A stretch of DNA of 63,960 bases from Cyanobacteriota bacterium (GCA_026389365.1 JAPLHZ010000113.1:1-63960), one strand, 5' to 3'; shown: positions 22,627 to 31,889, counted from the stretch's first letter. Translations and numbers: made by a program. The notes: a model not told the origin generated them from the sequence alone.

Positions 22627-22695
22627 TTGACCGGGCATTCGAGATCCACTAGGCCGCAATAGTTGCGAACTCATTGATCTCGAATGCCCGGTCAA
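22627..22695. repeat. Perfect 20-bp inverted repeat enclosing the STAS stop codon
   Basis: TTGACCGGGCATTCGAGATC (22627-22646) and GATCTCGAATGCCCGGTCAA (22676-22695) are exact reverse complements. The 29-nt spacer contains the stop codon (22649-22651) and a small inner GCAA-TAG-TTGC hairpin. Confidence 0.85.
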
Positions 22696-23011
22696 GCTGT
22701 GTTAATTCAAAAAGAATCCGAGCTGGAGCTGAAAGAGAACAAAGACTAAAGCGTTTGTTGAGACGCTGAGCGAGACCCAACGTGGAAACCAGGCTCATCA
22801 ATGCTGCACTATCAAGGGACTCCACCTGACTCATGTCCACCATCAACGATGCGGAACCCGGACACATCACGGCTTTCGTCAACTGATCTTGGAATGCGAA
22901 TACATTGGTTGAATTGACATGTCCTTGAGGACAAATCACCATATTTTCTTGAGATTGAGTCAGAACGGGTAGGGCCTTCAAAGCTTGTGAACGATTAAGA
23001 GTGATTTTCAT
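22649..23011 (-). CDS. STAS domain protein (anti-sigma-factor antagonist family)
   Basis: 120 aa. Length and pattern (...VDMSQVESLDSAALMSLV...) typical of SpoIIAA/RsbV-like STAS proteins. Confidence 0.65.
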   Translation of the reverse strand: MKITLNRSQALKALPVLTQSQENMVICPQGHVNSTNVFAFQDQLTKAVMCPGSASLMVDMSQVESLDSAALMSLVSTLGLAQRLNKRFSLCSLSAPARILFELTQLDRAFEINEFATIAA

Positions 23012-23327
23012 AGTCTAAACCTCTGAAGAAAATTGCGTGGAAGCACGTAAACCTCGATAACAATGACGATAACTGCACTTCATCTAAAACGGCGAAATTA
23101 GGAGATTGATTCTTGAAATCTTCACTCTCCCCTTAAAATCTTAAACTTTTCGTAAGTACCTGCAAAAAGTGTGACTTAGGAGACACCGAAGAAATTTAAT
23201 CTTCCGCTCGACTGATAGGGTGCAGAATCAGCGTCTAGGTAATCGAGACAGTTTTAATGTGCCAGATTCTGAAAGGTTCTCCATCTCCTATAAGAGTGAG
23301 TTATTGAATTGAATCAGGATGAGTCGG

Positions 23328-23390
23328 TGGTATTAAGTTAGGATGCTGCTGGTATTAAATTGGGATGATTTTGATAAAGCTTGACAATAG
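23328..23390. repeat. About 2.5 degenerate 23-bp tandem repeats in the STAS upstream region
   Basis: AGGATGAGTCGGTGGTATTAAGTT / AGGATGCTGCTGGTATTAAATTG / GGATGATTTTGATAAAG. Confidence 0.5.
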
Positions 23391-23573
23391 GTGGGGATTG
23401 TATCTAATCACGATCGGATTATGCGGTATATGGGATAGCGATTTTTTTGCAATTACTTAAGAGGTGATGTTAATCACAATTCATGGGGCAGATAGATCAC
23501 ATCCAGAAGGGCAACAATGCTAGAAGATTGGTCATAACACTACGGGCCATAACCCTTTACAAATGAGGCCATT

Positions 23574-23768
23574 ATGAATACTGCCTTTGCTATTCGCCGT
23601 CTTGTCGAAGAAGCCCTCTATACAAAATGCCTGACTCCAGAGGTTGAAAATGCTATCAACTTTGAATTGACACAAATGGGCTATGTTTCAGCAGTGGACT
23701 ATGAAGCTCTGGAGCTGCTGATGGAAGAGATGGATGAGGGACGGATCCATTTAGTTGCCAGCCGCTAG
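23574..23768 (+). CDS. Small acidic hypothetical protein (64 aa)
   Basis: ORF preceded by GAGG 9 nt upstream of the ATG. No recognisable domain. Confidence 0.4.
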   Translation: MNTAFAIRRLVEEALYTKCLTPEVENAINFELTQMGYVSAVDYEALELLMEEMDEGRIHLVASR

Positions 23769-23823
23769 AGATAGTGCCGTCACTCAGATAGTGCCGTCAC
23801 TCAGATGATCCAGTCACTCAGAC
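23769..23823. repeat. 17-bp tandem repeat, about 3.2 copies
   Basis: AGATAGTGCCGTCACTC x2 (23769-23802), then degenerate AGATGATCCAGTCACTC (23803-19) and AGAC. Begins directly at the stop codon of the 64-aa ORF. Confidence 0.85.
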
Positions 23824-23949
23824 AACTACGATTCTTTGCCCAATACCCAAGTTCCCCGACAACGATATGCACCACGCGTCCGCTTGACGTTAAACTGTTC
23901 GGTGTGAATTTCCCATGAATGACTTATAGGAACTGGGTAGCAACGATTT

Positions 23950-25185
23950 ATGGCAAGAATTAATGACAATTATCTAAAACTCAAAGCAGGATACTTGTTC
24001 CCAGAAATTGGACGACGGGTCAGTGCATTTGCCCAAGCTAATCCTGATGCGAAGATTATTCGGCTAGGGATTGGCGATGTGACGGAGCCATTGCCTAAAG
24101 CTTGCCGCGATGCCATGGTGCTGGCGGTGCATGATATGGGCGATCGTAGCAAATTCAAGGGCTATGGGCCGGAACAGGGATACGAATGGCTACGGGAAAA
24201 AATTGCGACTCAAGACTTTAAGTCACGCGGCTGTGACATTGATGCCTCTGAGATTTTTATTTCAGATGGTTCTAAATGCGACTGTGGTGCGATTTTAGAC
24301 ATCTTAGGTTCGGATAATCGGATTGCGGTCACAGATCCGGTTTACCCAGTCTATGTTGATACTAATGTGATGGCAGGGAACACAGGCGACATGAATGACC
24401 AGGGCGAATATGACGGCCTAGTATATTTGCCTATCACTGCTGAAAATGACTTCACAGCGTCGATTCCTACGGAAAAAGTTGATTTAATCTACCTTTGTTT
24501 TCCGAATAATCCAACGGGGGCAACGGCAACGAAAGCGCATCTAGAGGCATGGGTGGCCTATGCTCGAAAGCATGGTTCGATTATTTTGTTTGATGCAGCT
24601 TATGAGGCATTTATTCAAGATCCCGATATGCCCCATTCAATTTTTGAAATCGAGGGTGCGCGGGATTGTGCGATAGAATTCCGATCGTTTTCCAAGAACG
24701 CAGGATTCACCGGAACCCGTTGTGCGATGACCGTTGTACCGAAGTCGCTGAAGGGGAAAACTAAGGACGGGCAAGACGTTGAACTGTGGGGACTTTGGAA
24801 TCGTCGTCAGTCCACGAAGTTCAATGGCGTGTCGTACATTGTCCAGCGTGGTGCGGAAGCGGTGTATTCCCCAGAAGGACAAGAACAGACAAAAGCATTA
24901 ATCCAGTTCTATATGGAGAACGCGAAGATTATTCTAAACCGATTGACAGCGATCGGAATTAGTGTATACGGCGGAACAAATGCACCTTATGTGTGGGTGA
25001 AAACACCGCAGGGACTGTCAAGCTGGGACTTCTTCGATAAGTTGCTGAATGTGTGCAATGTTGTGGGAACGCCGGGTTCTGGTTTTGGCGCAGCGGGCGA
25101 AGGGTATTTCCGAATCTCTGCGTTCAATAGCCGCGAAAATGTAAACGAGGCGATGGATCGCATTGAGGCGAAGTTTAAGGCGTAG
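23950..25185 (+). CDS. dapL: LL-diaminopimelate aminotransferase
   Basis: 411 aa. N-terminus [20 protein letters not shown] and [16 protein letters not shown]-lysine motif typical of DapL. Confidence 0.9.
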   Translation: MARINDNYLKLKAGYLFPEIGRRVSAFAQANPDAKIIRLGIGDVTEPLPKACRDAMVLAVHDMGDRSKFKGYGPEQGYEWLREKIATQDFKSRGCDIDASEIFISDGSKCDCGAILDILGSDNRIAVTDPVYPVYVDTNVMAGNTGDMNDQGEYDGLVYLPITAENDFTASIPTEKVDLIYLCFPNNPTGATATKAHLEAWVAYARKHGSIILFDAAYEAFIQDPDMPHSIFEIEGARDCAIEFRSFSKNAGFTGTRCAMTVVPKSLKGKTKDGQDVELWGLWNRRQSTKFNGVSYIVQRGAEAVYSPEGQEQTKALIQFYMENAKIILNRLTAIGISVYGGTNAPYVWVKTPQGLSSWDFFDKLLNVCNVVGTPGSGFGAAGEGYFRISAFNSRENVNEAMDRIEAKFKA

Positions 25186-25312
25186 AACTATCATTTTCCA
25201 GTGTTGGCTCATTTGCAACGAGAGGACACTGGAAAACAAACGGTCTAATCGTATTTTTATACTAAAATAGTTATTTATTCCTGAATCCTGTTTTCCCTCA
25301 ATCCTGTTTTAT

Positions 25313-26281
25313 ATGTCGTCGTCTCACACTCCATTGCCATTACAAGTTGCAGCTTCGCTTAAGACCTTGACGGGTGATGATCTTAAGGTGATGGTGGTGC
25401 TGTGTTTTCAGGCGTTTAATTGCGATCGGACGGCATTGACCCTTGAGCAGATTGAAGCCTTGGGAAATATTTCACGGCATGTTTTGAAGCCGTGTCTCAA
25501 CCGGCTAATGCGGAGAGCTTGGGTGATTCAGGACGGTCCGATGTATCGGTTGGCCCTGCAATTGCCAGAACTTGAGACATCGAATTCAGTGCCCGTGAAT
25601 TATGATCCGGCACTGGGAATTCGGCCTCAGCGGGTTCAGGCAAATCTCTTGTATCCCGATGGGCCTTGGTTGACGGAGACGGGGTTTTTGTTGGAAGACT
25701 TTGTACGCGATCGGGTGGAGGTGTGGCGCAAGGGCGATCATTTCAATGCGCGGGCATTTGGGGCGATGGCGACGGAGGATGTGATGGGAATTGTGTGTAA
25801 ACATTATGCAAAATATGAAAACCATGGCAATTTGGAAATTGATTGGCATAGTTTTTGTTTAAAAAATCAACGCTATCTCCAAAATGTTAAGCAGCGCTTA
25901 GATGCAGGGGTTGAAATTCAGGATACTGAACAGGCTCAGGTAATGGCGAAGTTGCCCATGTTACAGCAGCAGTCATCGGGGGTATACGCCTCTGAAATTG
26001 AACCTGATGGCTTGCCCAGAGCGTCCACTCTGACGACAACTGAGGTGACAAAAACCATGGCTGCATTGACTCAAACTCGATCGTTTCCAACCGCAATGCT
26101 TACGCCTGTTCGAGAGGTTCGATCGTTGTCTCGGCTCGATCGATTAAATTTGTGGATTCAAGATCCAATCCTCAGGCGGGAAGCGGAACGTGAGGCTACG
26201 GCAGCGGGCTATGGTATTGAACGTAGTGAAGCAGGCGTTGCATTTCGGGTAGTGGATTTAGAGAATTGCGAGGATTTTTAA
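25313..26281 (+). CDS. Hypothetical protein with possible N-terminal winged-helix segment
   Basis: 322-aa ORF with coding-like composition. No family recognised. Confidence 0.5.
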   Translation: MSSSHTPLPLQVAASLKTLTGDDLKVMVVLCFQAFNCDRTALTLEQIEALGNISRHVLKPCLNRLMRRAWVIQDGPMYRLALQLPELETSNSVPVNYDPALGIRPQRVQANLLYPDGPWLTETGFLLEDFVRDRVEVWRKGDHFNARAFGAMATEDVMGIVCKHYAKYENHGNLEIDWHSFCLKNQRYLQNVKQRLDAGVEIQDTEQAQVMAKLPMLQQQSSGVYASEIEPDGLPRASTLTTTEVTKTMAALTQTRSFPTAMLTPVREVRSLSRLDRLNLWIQDPILRREAEREATAAGYGIERSEAGVAFRVVDLENCEDF

Positions 26282-26284
26282 GGT

Positions 26285-27028
26285 ATGGAACTAACCACTG
26301 ATCAATTACCAGTATTGACGATCGCAATTTTTTTTGTAGCTTTTTTGTATTCATCCGTTGGTCATGCCGGGGCATCAGGCTATATTGCGGTGATGTCTTT
26401 GTTTGGTCTCACTCCGCTGGTGATTAAACCGATCGCATTAGCGTTAAATATATTAGTCGCTTCTATTGCGAGTTTTCAATTTTGGCGATCGGGCCATTTC
26501 TCTTGGCGTTTGTTTTGGCCTTTTGCACTATTTGCAATTCCGTTTGCTTTTTTAGGTGGATATATCAATTTACCTACTCAAATATTCAAAGTAATTGTGG
26601 GTGTAATATTACTATTTTCGGCAGTGCGTTTTTTATATCCATCGAAAGTTGAATCCGTTATTAAAGAACCCACAAGACCGATTGCACTCTCTTCTGGTGC
26701 AGGTTTGGGCTTTTTAGCAGGATTGACCGGAACGGGCGGCGGAATATTTTTAACCCCGTTACTATTGTTAAATCAATGGGCAACCGTTAAGTCTGCGGCG
26801 GCAGTTTCGGCATTATTTATTTTGGTAAATTCTATTGCTGGACTCCTTGGAAATTTAAGTAGTACTCGATCGTTTCCATCGTTCACTGCTGTATTTGCAA
26901 TCAGTGCAATTGTGGGTGGGACATTGGGTTCTTATTTGGGCAGTAATCGGTTTGAACCCATCCTAATTAAACGCTTATTGGCATTTGTGTTGACGATCGC
27001 AGGTCTGAAACTTATTTTGACAAACTAG
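26285..27028 (+). CDS. TauE/SafE family sulfite/anion exporter
   Basis: 247 aa, about 7-8 hydrophobic helices. Internal duplication with GxGGG (GLTGTGGGIF) typical of TauE/SafE. Confidence 0.75.
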   Translation: MELTTDQLPVLTIAIFFVAFLYSSVGHAGASGYIAVMSLFGLTPLVIKPIALALNILVASIASFQFWRSGHFSWRLFWPFALFAIPFAFLGGYINLPTQIFKVIVGVILLFSAVRFLYPSKVESVIKEPTRPIALSSGAGLGFLAGLTGTGGGIFLTPLLLLNQWATVKSAAAVSALFILVNSIAGLLGNLSSTRSFPSFTAVFAISAIVGGTLGSYLGSNRFEPILIKRLLAFVLTIAGLKLILTN

Positions 27029-27993
27029 AGAGTGCTAATATTCGCTTTCAACCAATCAACCAAATTATCTAACCCCTTAAAATCTAACAATATTTCATTT
27101 AATGCTTCTAGTTTTTCGATCGGCAACTGATTAATTTGGGTTGTCAAATCATTGGTAAGTTCGCCTACAGTTCGAGAAAGAAGACGTAAAATAAGCGATC
27201 GTTGTCTATTCAAAATGAGCGATCGTTCCGCTAGTCGCCCTTCTTCGAGTCCCTTTTTAACGCCTTCCTGTCGAGCAGTATCGACGACATTATTCATATC
27301 ACGGTAGTACTTGAGACTATTTTGGTAGCTGTCCTGTTCAAGACGTGAGAAATTCGCAATCGCTGCAACTTCAAAGAGTTCACTGAAGACCGTTTCTTGA
27401 AGCGATTCGGGGGGCGGATCACTCAGATTAGCTAAATTCCTAAGAATGAATAGCCATTTATCGAGATGTGTTTCTAATTGATCGATCGTTTTTTTGAATT
27501 TTGGTAATTCGATGTAAATAAACTTCAATTTGTCGTAGAAGATCTCGCCGTTTTGATTTCTAAGTTGAACGAGGTGGACAATTGTGTCATCATTTTTATG
27601 GTCATCAAATATGAAATCTAATACACCAACGGTATAAACAGGGGTAAGATTAAAATCCCATTCGCCTTGCAGGGCTTGTTCTTGAATGGGAAACGTAGAA
27701 TAGTAAACACTGCGATCTTTAAAGAAATTTTGTTTGGCTTTTTGAATTTCGACAATGAAATGATCGCCGTTTTCAGCTTGGCAATAAATATCGAAAATGG
27801 CTTTACGATCGATCGGAGTATTTCCCAGTTTCTCAGTATTTTTAAAGGTTAAATCTTTAATGTGATGGTAGTCGGGGAGGAGAGTATTGAGGAAATCAAT
27901 CAAGATGGCTTTGTTGGGTTCAGTGCCAAAGACGCGTTTGAAGCCAAAATCAGTGAGGAGACTGATATATTTATCTTGGAGGTAATACGCCAT
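27025..27993 (-). CDS. Rpn-family recombination-promoting nuclease / PD-(D/E)XK putative transposase
   Basis: 322 aa. N-terminus ...LLTDFGFKRVFG...FLNTLLP and DIYC...FIVEIQK nuclease core. AT-richer than neighbours. Stop codon overlaps the TauE stop (convergent). Confidence 0.7.
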   Translation of the reverse strand: MAYYLQDKYISLLTDFGFKRVFGTEPNKAILIDFLNTLLPDYHHIKDLTFKNTEKLGNTPIDRKAIFDIYCQAENGDHFIVEIQKAKQNFFKDRSVYYSTFPIQEQALQGEWDFNLTPVYTVGVLDFIFDDHKNDDTIVHLVQLRNQNGEIFYDKLKFIYIELPKFKKTIDQLETHLDKWLFILRNLANLSDPPPESLQETVFSELFEVAAIANFSRLEQDSYQNSLKYYRDMNNVVDTARQEGVKKGLEEGRLAERSLILNRQRSLILRLLSRTVGELTNDLTTQINQLPIEKLEALNEILLDFKGLDNLVDWLKANISTL

Positions 27994-28023
27994 GATCAGG
28001 TTGGCTGAGGAGATAATAACTCT

Positions 28024-28129
28024 ATTATAGAGCCATTATAGAGCCGATCGTTGTATGGTGTCTCAGCGATCGGCTCCAAGTTTTGATGAATTTGATCAAC
28101 CCATTGTTTGATCTCAGCTTGATCTCAGC
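28024..28129. repeat. Cluster of short tandem duplications and a 10-bp-stem hairpin upstream of the Rpn gene
   Basis: ATTATAGAGCC x2 (28024-28045). GAGCCGATCG...CGATCGGCTC hairpin (28041-28076). TTGATCTCAGC x2 (28108-28129). Confidence 0.75.
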
Positions 28130-28185
28130 AAAATTTCGTTTATTAATTGAATGGGCAGTTCAACCCAATACCCAAACCTAATTTA

Positions 28186-28770
28186 TTATTTTAAATTCCC
28201 AATTTTCTCCAACTGTGGCATCACTGCTTCAAAGGCACGTCCTCGATGACTTAGGCGGCGCTTCAGATCATCTGGCATCTGAGCATAGGTCATTCCCGCT
28301 TCAGGTACAAAAAACACTGGATCATAGCCAAACCCGCCATCGCCCTGAATTTCACCCAAAATCTCCCCAGGACAAATTCCCACGTTCTGAATCACAATTT
28401 CACCCGCAGGATTTGCCACCGCGATCGCACAAACAAACTGCGCCGATCGATTAGTTGAATCGCCCAATTCCCGCAGCAGTCGCGAAATCCGATCGGCATC
28501 ATCCACGCCATAGCGTGCACTAAAAATTCCCGGTGCACCATCCAAGGCATCAACCGCCAAACCCGAATCATCCGCGATCGCCCACTTTCCCGTCGCGATC
28601 GCAGTCTCCGATGCCTTCAAACAAGCATTCTCTAAAAACGTCGTCCCCGTCTCATCCACGTCAATTTCTGGCGGTTTTAGCTCCAATGTCCAGTTTGAAC
28701 TCGCATCAAAATACTGCTGCATTTCCCGCAATTTACCTGGATTGCCCGTGCCCAATACTAAAACCGCCAT
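28186..28770 (-). CDS. rdgB: Non-canonical purine NTP pyrophosphatase (RdgB/HAM1 family)
   Basis: 194 aa. LGTGNPGKLREM, FGYDPVF, SHRGRA motifs. Confidence 0.85.
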   Translation of the reverse strand: MAVLVLGTGNPGKLREMQQYFDASSNWTLELKPPEIDVDETGTTFLENACLKASETAIATGKWAIADDSGLAVDALDGAPGIFSARYGVDDADRISRLLRELGDSTNRSAQFVCAIAVANPAGEIVIQNVGICPGEILGEIQGDGGFGYDPVFFVPEAGMTYAQMPDDLKRRLSHRGRAFEAVMPQLEKIGNLK

Positions 28771-28892
28771 ATCCCACTCCTAAACCCAAAATTCAAGTCC
28801 ATCACAGGAATGCTGCTTAACAATCCGTAATGTTATGTGTTTATCCTCACACAATTCTGGCCCGCTTGAATAACTTAATTGCTCGTAATTTT

Positions 28893-29612
28893 TTAAAGCT
28901 TTAATTCCCGCAACTCATCCCAATCCGCCACGTCCTGTCCGATCGCCACATACCCCAAACTATTCGGATGTAGCCCATCACTGGTAAAACAGGGTCGTCG
29001 CCAAGTTTCTCCCCTAGCCATCCACAGATCAAATAGATCCAAATAGGGAATACTCCGATCGTTGCAAGCGAGACGGGTCGCTTCTTTGTAACGGAATTGA
29101 TCCTCGTGATTGTAATAGAGGCAATCTAGGAACGGCATTTTTTGTTCATCGATCGGCACCATACCCACAAACCACACTGGACAGAGACGTTTGGCCCGAT
29201 CGAGTACAGTGTTGATTTGGAGTTGGAATTGCTCGAACTCCAGCATGTTGCGACCCGATCGTTTGCCAAGCCTTGCTGAATCATTTGTACCAACTGACAA
29301 AATTAGGCGATCGGGATGGCGATTTCTCAATTCTCCGCGTACCGTAAATTCAGTTTCCAGACGTTGTTCGATTTGCCGAACTCCATCCCCGCGCACCCCT
29401 AAGTTGTAGATTACCTGCTGCGATCGTTCCGGTGTCATCCAGCCACGGCGCAACCGCTCAACCCAGCCGCCGCCCACATCATCCCCAAAGCCATAGACCA
29501 AACTATCGCCCAAAACGATCCACCGGGTGGTCGCTTGCTTGGGGTGAATCGATCGTAAAAGCGGTGACTGAGCATTTAATGTCGGTAGGAACGGTGGGTG
29601 GAGATGTTGCAT
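28893..29612 (-). CDS. SGNH/GDSL-family hydrolase
   Basis: 239 aa. VLGDSLVYGFGD (block I), VGTNDS (block III), DGLHPN (block V). Confidence 0.75.
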   Translation of the reverse strand: MQHLHPPFLPTLNAQSPLLRSIHPKQATTRWIVLGDSLVYGFGDDVGGGWVERLRRGWMTPERSQQVIYNLGVRGDGVRQIEQRLETEFTVRGELRNRHPDRLILSVGTNDSARLGKRSGRNMLEFEQFQLQINTVLDRAKRLCPVWFVGMVPIDEQKMPFLDCLYYNHEDQFRYKEATRLACNDRSIPYLDLFDLWMARGETWRRPCFTSDGLHPNSLGYVAIGQDVADWDELRELKL

Positions 29613-29740
29613 GGGAGGTAAATCGGCAATTTAGAAATCGATATTTTGAGAAATTGGTCGGTTCTGGAGACTGTCTGCGATAATAGAGGAGTGATGCTTA
29701 CAACAGCAACGTAATCCTTAAAGCTAATCATTTTTTGCTT

Positions 29741-30007
29741 ATGACTCTCCGTAAATCTGCTTCCAAGTCTCCCGGTTCGATGACCCGTCGATCTACGATG
29801 GACAGCGAGATGCTCATGCGTCGTGCCGATGAACTGATCAATGCGGCTTCCAACCGGTATCGCATCACTGTTCAAGTTGCCAACCGCGCAAAGCGTCGTC
29901 GGTTTGAAGAGTTCGATGGCATTGATGACCCCATGGTCAAACCCGTTATGCGTGCCATTATTGAGATGTCTGATGAAATGACCCAGCCTGAAATTATTGG
30001 CGAATAG
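29741..30007 (+). CDS. rpoZ: DNA-directed RNA polymerase subunit omega
   Basis: [22 protein letters not shown]...[22 protein letters not shown] is the cyanobacterial omega signature. Start uncertain (TTG 29735, ATG 29741 or a later ATG). Confidence 0.8.
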   Translation: MTLRKSASKSPGSMTRRSTMDSEMLMRRADELINAASNRYRITVQVANRAKRRRFEEFDGIDDPMVKPVMRAIIEMSDEMTQPEIIGE

Positions 30008-30030
30008 GGATCGGTCGATCCCCCTCAATC

Positions 30031-30180
30031 CCCCCTTAATAAGGTAGGGCTGATTCTTTACTCAAAAGAAATCCTTAAACCTGTACTGTTACGTTGTTCA
30101 TATTTTGATTTTCAACGAACTTGCAGGGATTCAGGAGTTTCTCTCTTTTAAGAGAATCAGCCCTACCCTTAATAAGGGGG
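30031..30180. repeat. Imperfect palindromic element of about 150 nt (MITE-like or structured RNA)
   Basis: CCCCCTTAATAAGGTAGGGCTGATTCT (30031-30057) versus AGAATCAGCCCTACCCTTAATAAGGGGG (30153-30180): reverse complements with one mismatch and one indel. The interior shows further partial pairing. Confidence 0.7.
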
Positions 30181-30226
30181 AGGCCGGATGGGATGAAAAG
30201 TCTTATTTTTTTATTTTTTTACCGCC

Positions 30227-30679
30227 ATGTATCGTCGCTATTTTCGTTTTCTCACTCTAGCGATCGTTTTAGTCTTCACTGTAATAAGTGCAACAACAAG
30301 CGCAACAACCGTCACGGCTCAAGTGGTTCGTACAGGTGACATTGCTCAAAAAATTTATGTGGAACTTCCAGAGGTTCCTCTAGAGAATGAATACTTTAAC
30401 CGGAGAATCAATAAAGTCGATTCTAATAATACTTTAATTAGTCGGATGATTCGATATCATGCCTACGTTAAAGGTCGTCCAGTGGCGTTGCGATTAGACT
30501 GGAAGCTGACGATGGCGGATTATCTCGGCGCAAATGACACCATGGATTTAGCGACCTATCCCGGCCAAGATATTCTTGCTGTAAACCCGATAGATGCCGA
30601 TCGGGCTGCAATCAATACGTTGTCTCGTAAAACACGCGATCGGTTAATTGAGCGACTAATCAAATACACTCACAAGTAA
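30227..30679 (+). CDS. Hypothetical secreted/membrane-anchored protein
   Basis: 150 aa. N-terminal hydrophobic signal-like segment FLTLAIVLVFTVISATTSA. No family recognised. Confidence 0.45.
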   Translation: MYRRYFRFLTLAIVLVFTVISATTSATTVTAQVVRTGDIAQKIYVELPEVPLENEYFNRRINKVDSNNTLISRMIRYHAYVKGRPVALRLDWKLTMADYLGANDTMDLATYPGQDILAVNPIDADRAAINTLSRKTRDRLIERLIKYTHK

Positions 30680-30718
30680 GCTTTTTGTCGAGTTTTTAGC
30701 AAATTATTTAGACATTTT

Positions 30719-31660
30719 TTGACTAACCCTAACCGAATTATCACCTATAGTCCCGCCTATACTCTCGTTCCCACCTATGAATGCTTCAATCGTTGTACCT
30801 ATTGCAACTTTCGTCATGACATCGGGACATCGGGTTGGATGAGTTTGGTCGAGGCCGAACAAACTTTGCGATCGTTGCCGCCTGAAGTTTGTGAGATTTT
30901 GATTTTGAGTGGTGAAGTTCATCCAAACAGCGCAATGCGATCGGATTGGTTGAATCATATTATTGAACTATGCAAACTCGCACTATCCTTGGGTTTTTTG
31001 CCTCATACCAATGTGGGACCGTTAGCCTTTGATGAAATGACACAGTTGAAAGAAGTGAATGTTTCAATGGGGTTAATGTTGGAGCAATTTACACCCCGCT
31101 TATTAGAGACCGTTCACCGTCATTCCCCAAGCAAAGAACCCTATTATCGATTGAACCAATTGCAACAAGCCGGACAATTGAACATTCCATTTACTACGGG
31201 TATTCTTTTAGGATTGGGAGAGACATCATCAGATTGGATCGAAAGTCTAGAAATTATTGCGAATGTTCATTTGCAGTATGGGCATTTGCAAGAATGTATT
31301 CTTCAGCCCTATAGTCCTGGTGGTCAGGAAGTATTGAATGAAACGGGATTTGATTTACAGCAATTACCAGAGGTTGTGAGCTTGGCTCGACGCATTTTGC
31401 CAAGCTCTATCACCATTCAAGTCCCCCCCAATCTGATTGCATTACCTGACGTGTTGCTGGATTGTTTAAACGCAGGTGCGCGAGATTTGGGTGGAATTAG
31501 TCCGATCGATGAAGTCAATCCTGATTATCCCCATCCAACGGTAGAAAAATTAAGGCAGATTTTGAATCCAGCAGGATGGAGTTTAGAGGCGCGGCTTCCG
31601 GTATATCCACAGTATCGTGAACAACGTGTTATCGATCGTATGATCCGTAACACGTTGTAG
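30719..31660 (+). CDS. cofG: 7,8-didemethyl-8-hydroxy-5-deazariboflavin (FO) synthase subunit CofG, radical SAM
   Basis: 313 aa, TTG start (uncertain). TYSPAYTLVPTYECFNRCTYCNF radical-SAM cluster motif characteristic of CofG. Confidence 0.75.
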   Translation: MTNPNRIITYSPAYTLVPTYECFNRCTYCNFRHDIGTSGWMSLVEAEQTLRSLPPEVCEILILSGEVHPNSAMRSDWLNHIIELCKLALSLGFLPHTNVGPLAFDEMTQLKEVNVSMGLMLEQFTPRLLETVHRHSPSKEPYYRLNQLQQAGQLNIPFTTGILLGLGETSSDWIESLEIIANVHLQYGHLQECILQPYSPGGQEVLNETGFDLQQLPEVVSLARRILPSSITIQVPPNLIALPDVLLDCLNAGARDLGGISPIDEVNPDYPHPTVEKLRQILNPAGWSLEARLPVYPQYREQRVIDRMIRNTL

Positions 31661-31734
31661 AACAATCGACCGCCATCCCTGACCGAGCAGCAAATTTTCT
31701 TCAGTCTGGTATCAGTCTTCATTTCTAAACAGGT

Positions 31735-31770
31735 CAAAAAAATTGGCTAAGAAGCATGACCCTCTTAGCC
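31735..31770 (-). terminator. Rho-independent terminator downstream of the CysO-like gene
   Basis: GGCTAAGA (31745-31752) pairs with TCTTAGCC (31763-31770). On the minus strand the stem is followed by AAUUUUUUUU. Confidence 0.55.
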
Positions 31771-31889
31771 GTATCAATACAGTGAAACTTATATGGTCTG
31801 ATTGACACGTCCGAATCCCACTTGAAAAGACGATCGGGACGTGACTCAGGTAAACTTTTAAAAATCTAAACGCTTAATGACTTCTATCA

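Noticed and set aside
28843-28852. ATCCTCACAC, reminiscent of the Yfr1 sRNA core (ACUCCUCACAC)
   Set aside because: The match is imperfect. I could not find flanking stem-loops or a terminator, and it sits in a 122-nt spacer inside a likely minus-strand operon, on the opposite strand.
30121-30339. 72-aa ORF crossing the palindromic element and the start of the next gene
   Set aside because: It starts at TTG inside the right arm of the inverted repeat and overlaps the better-supported 150-aa ORF out of frame.
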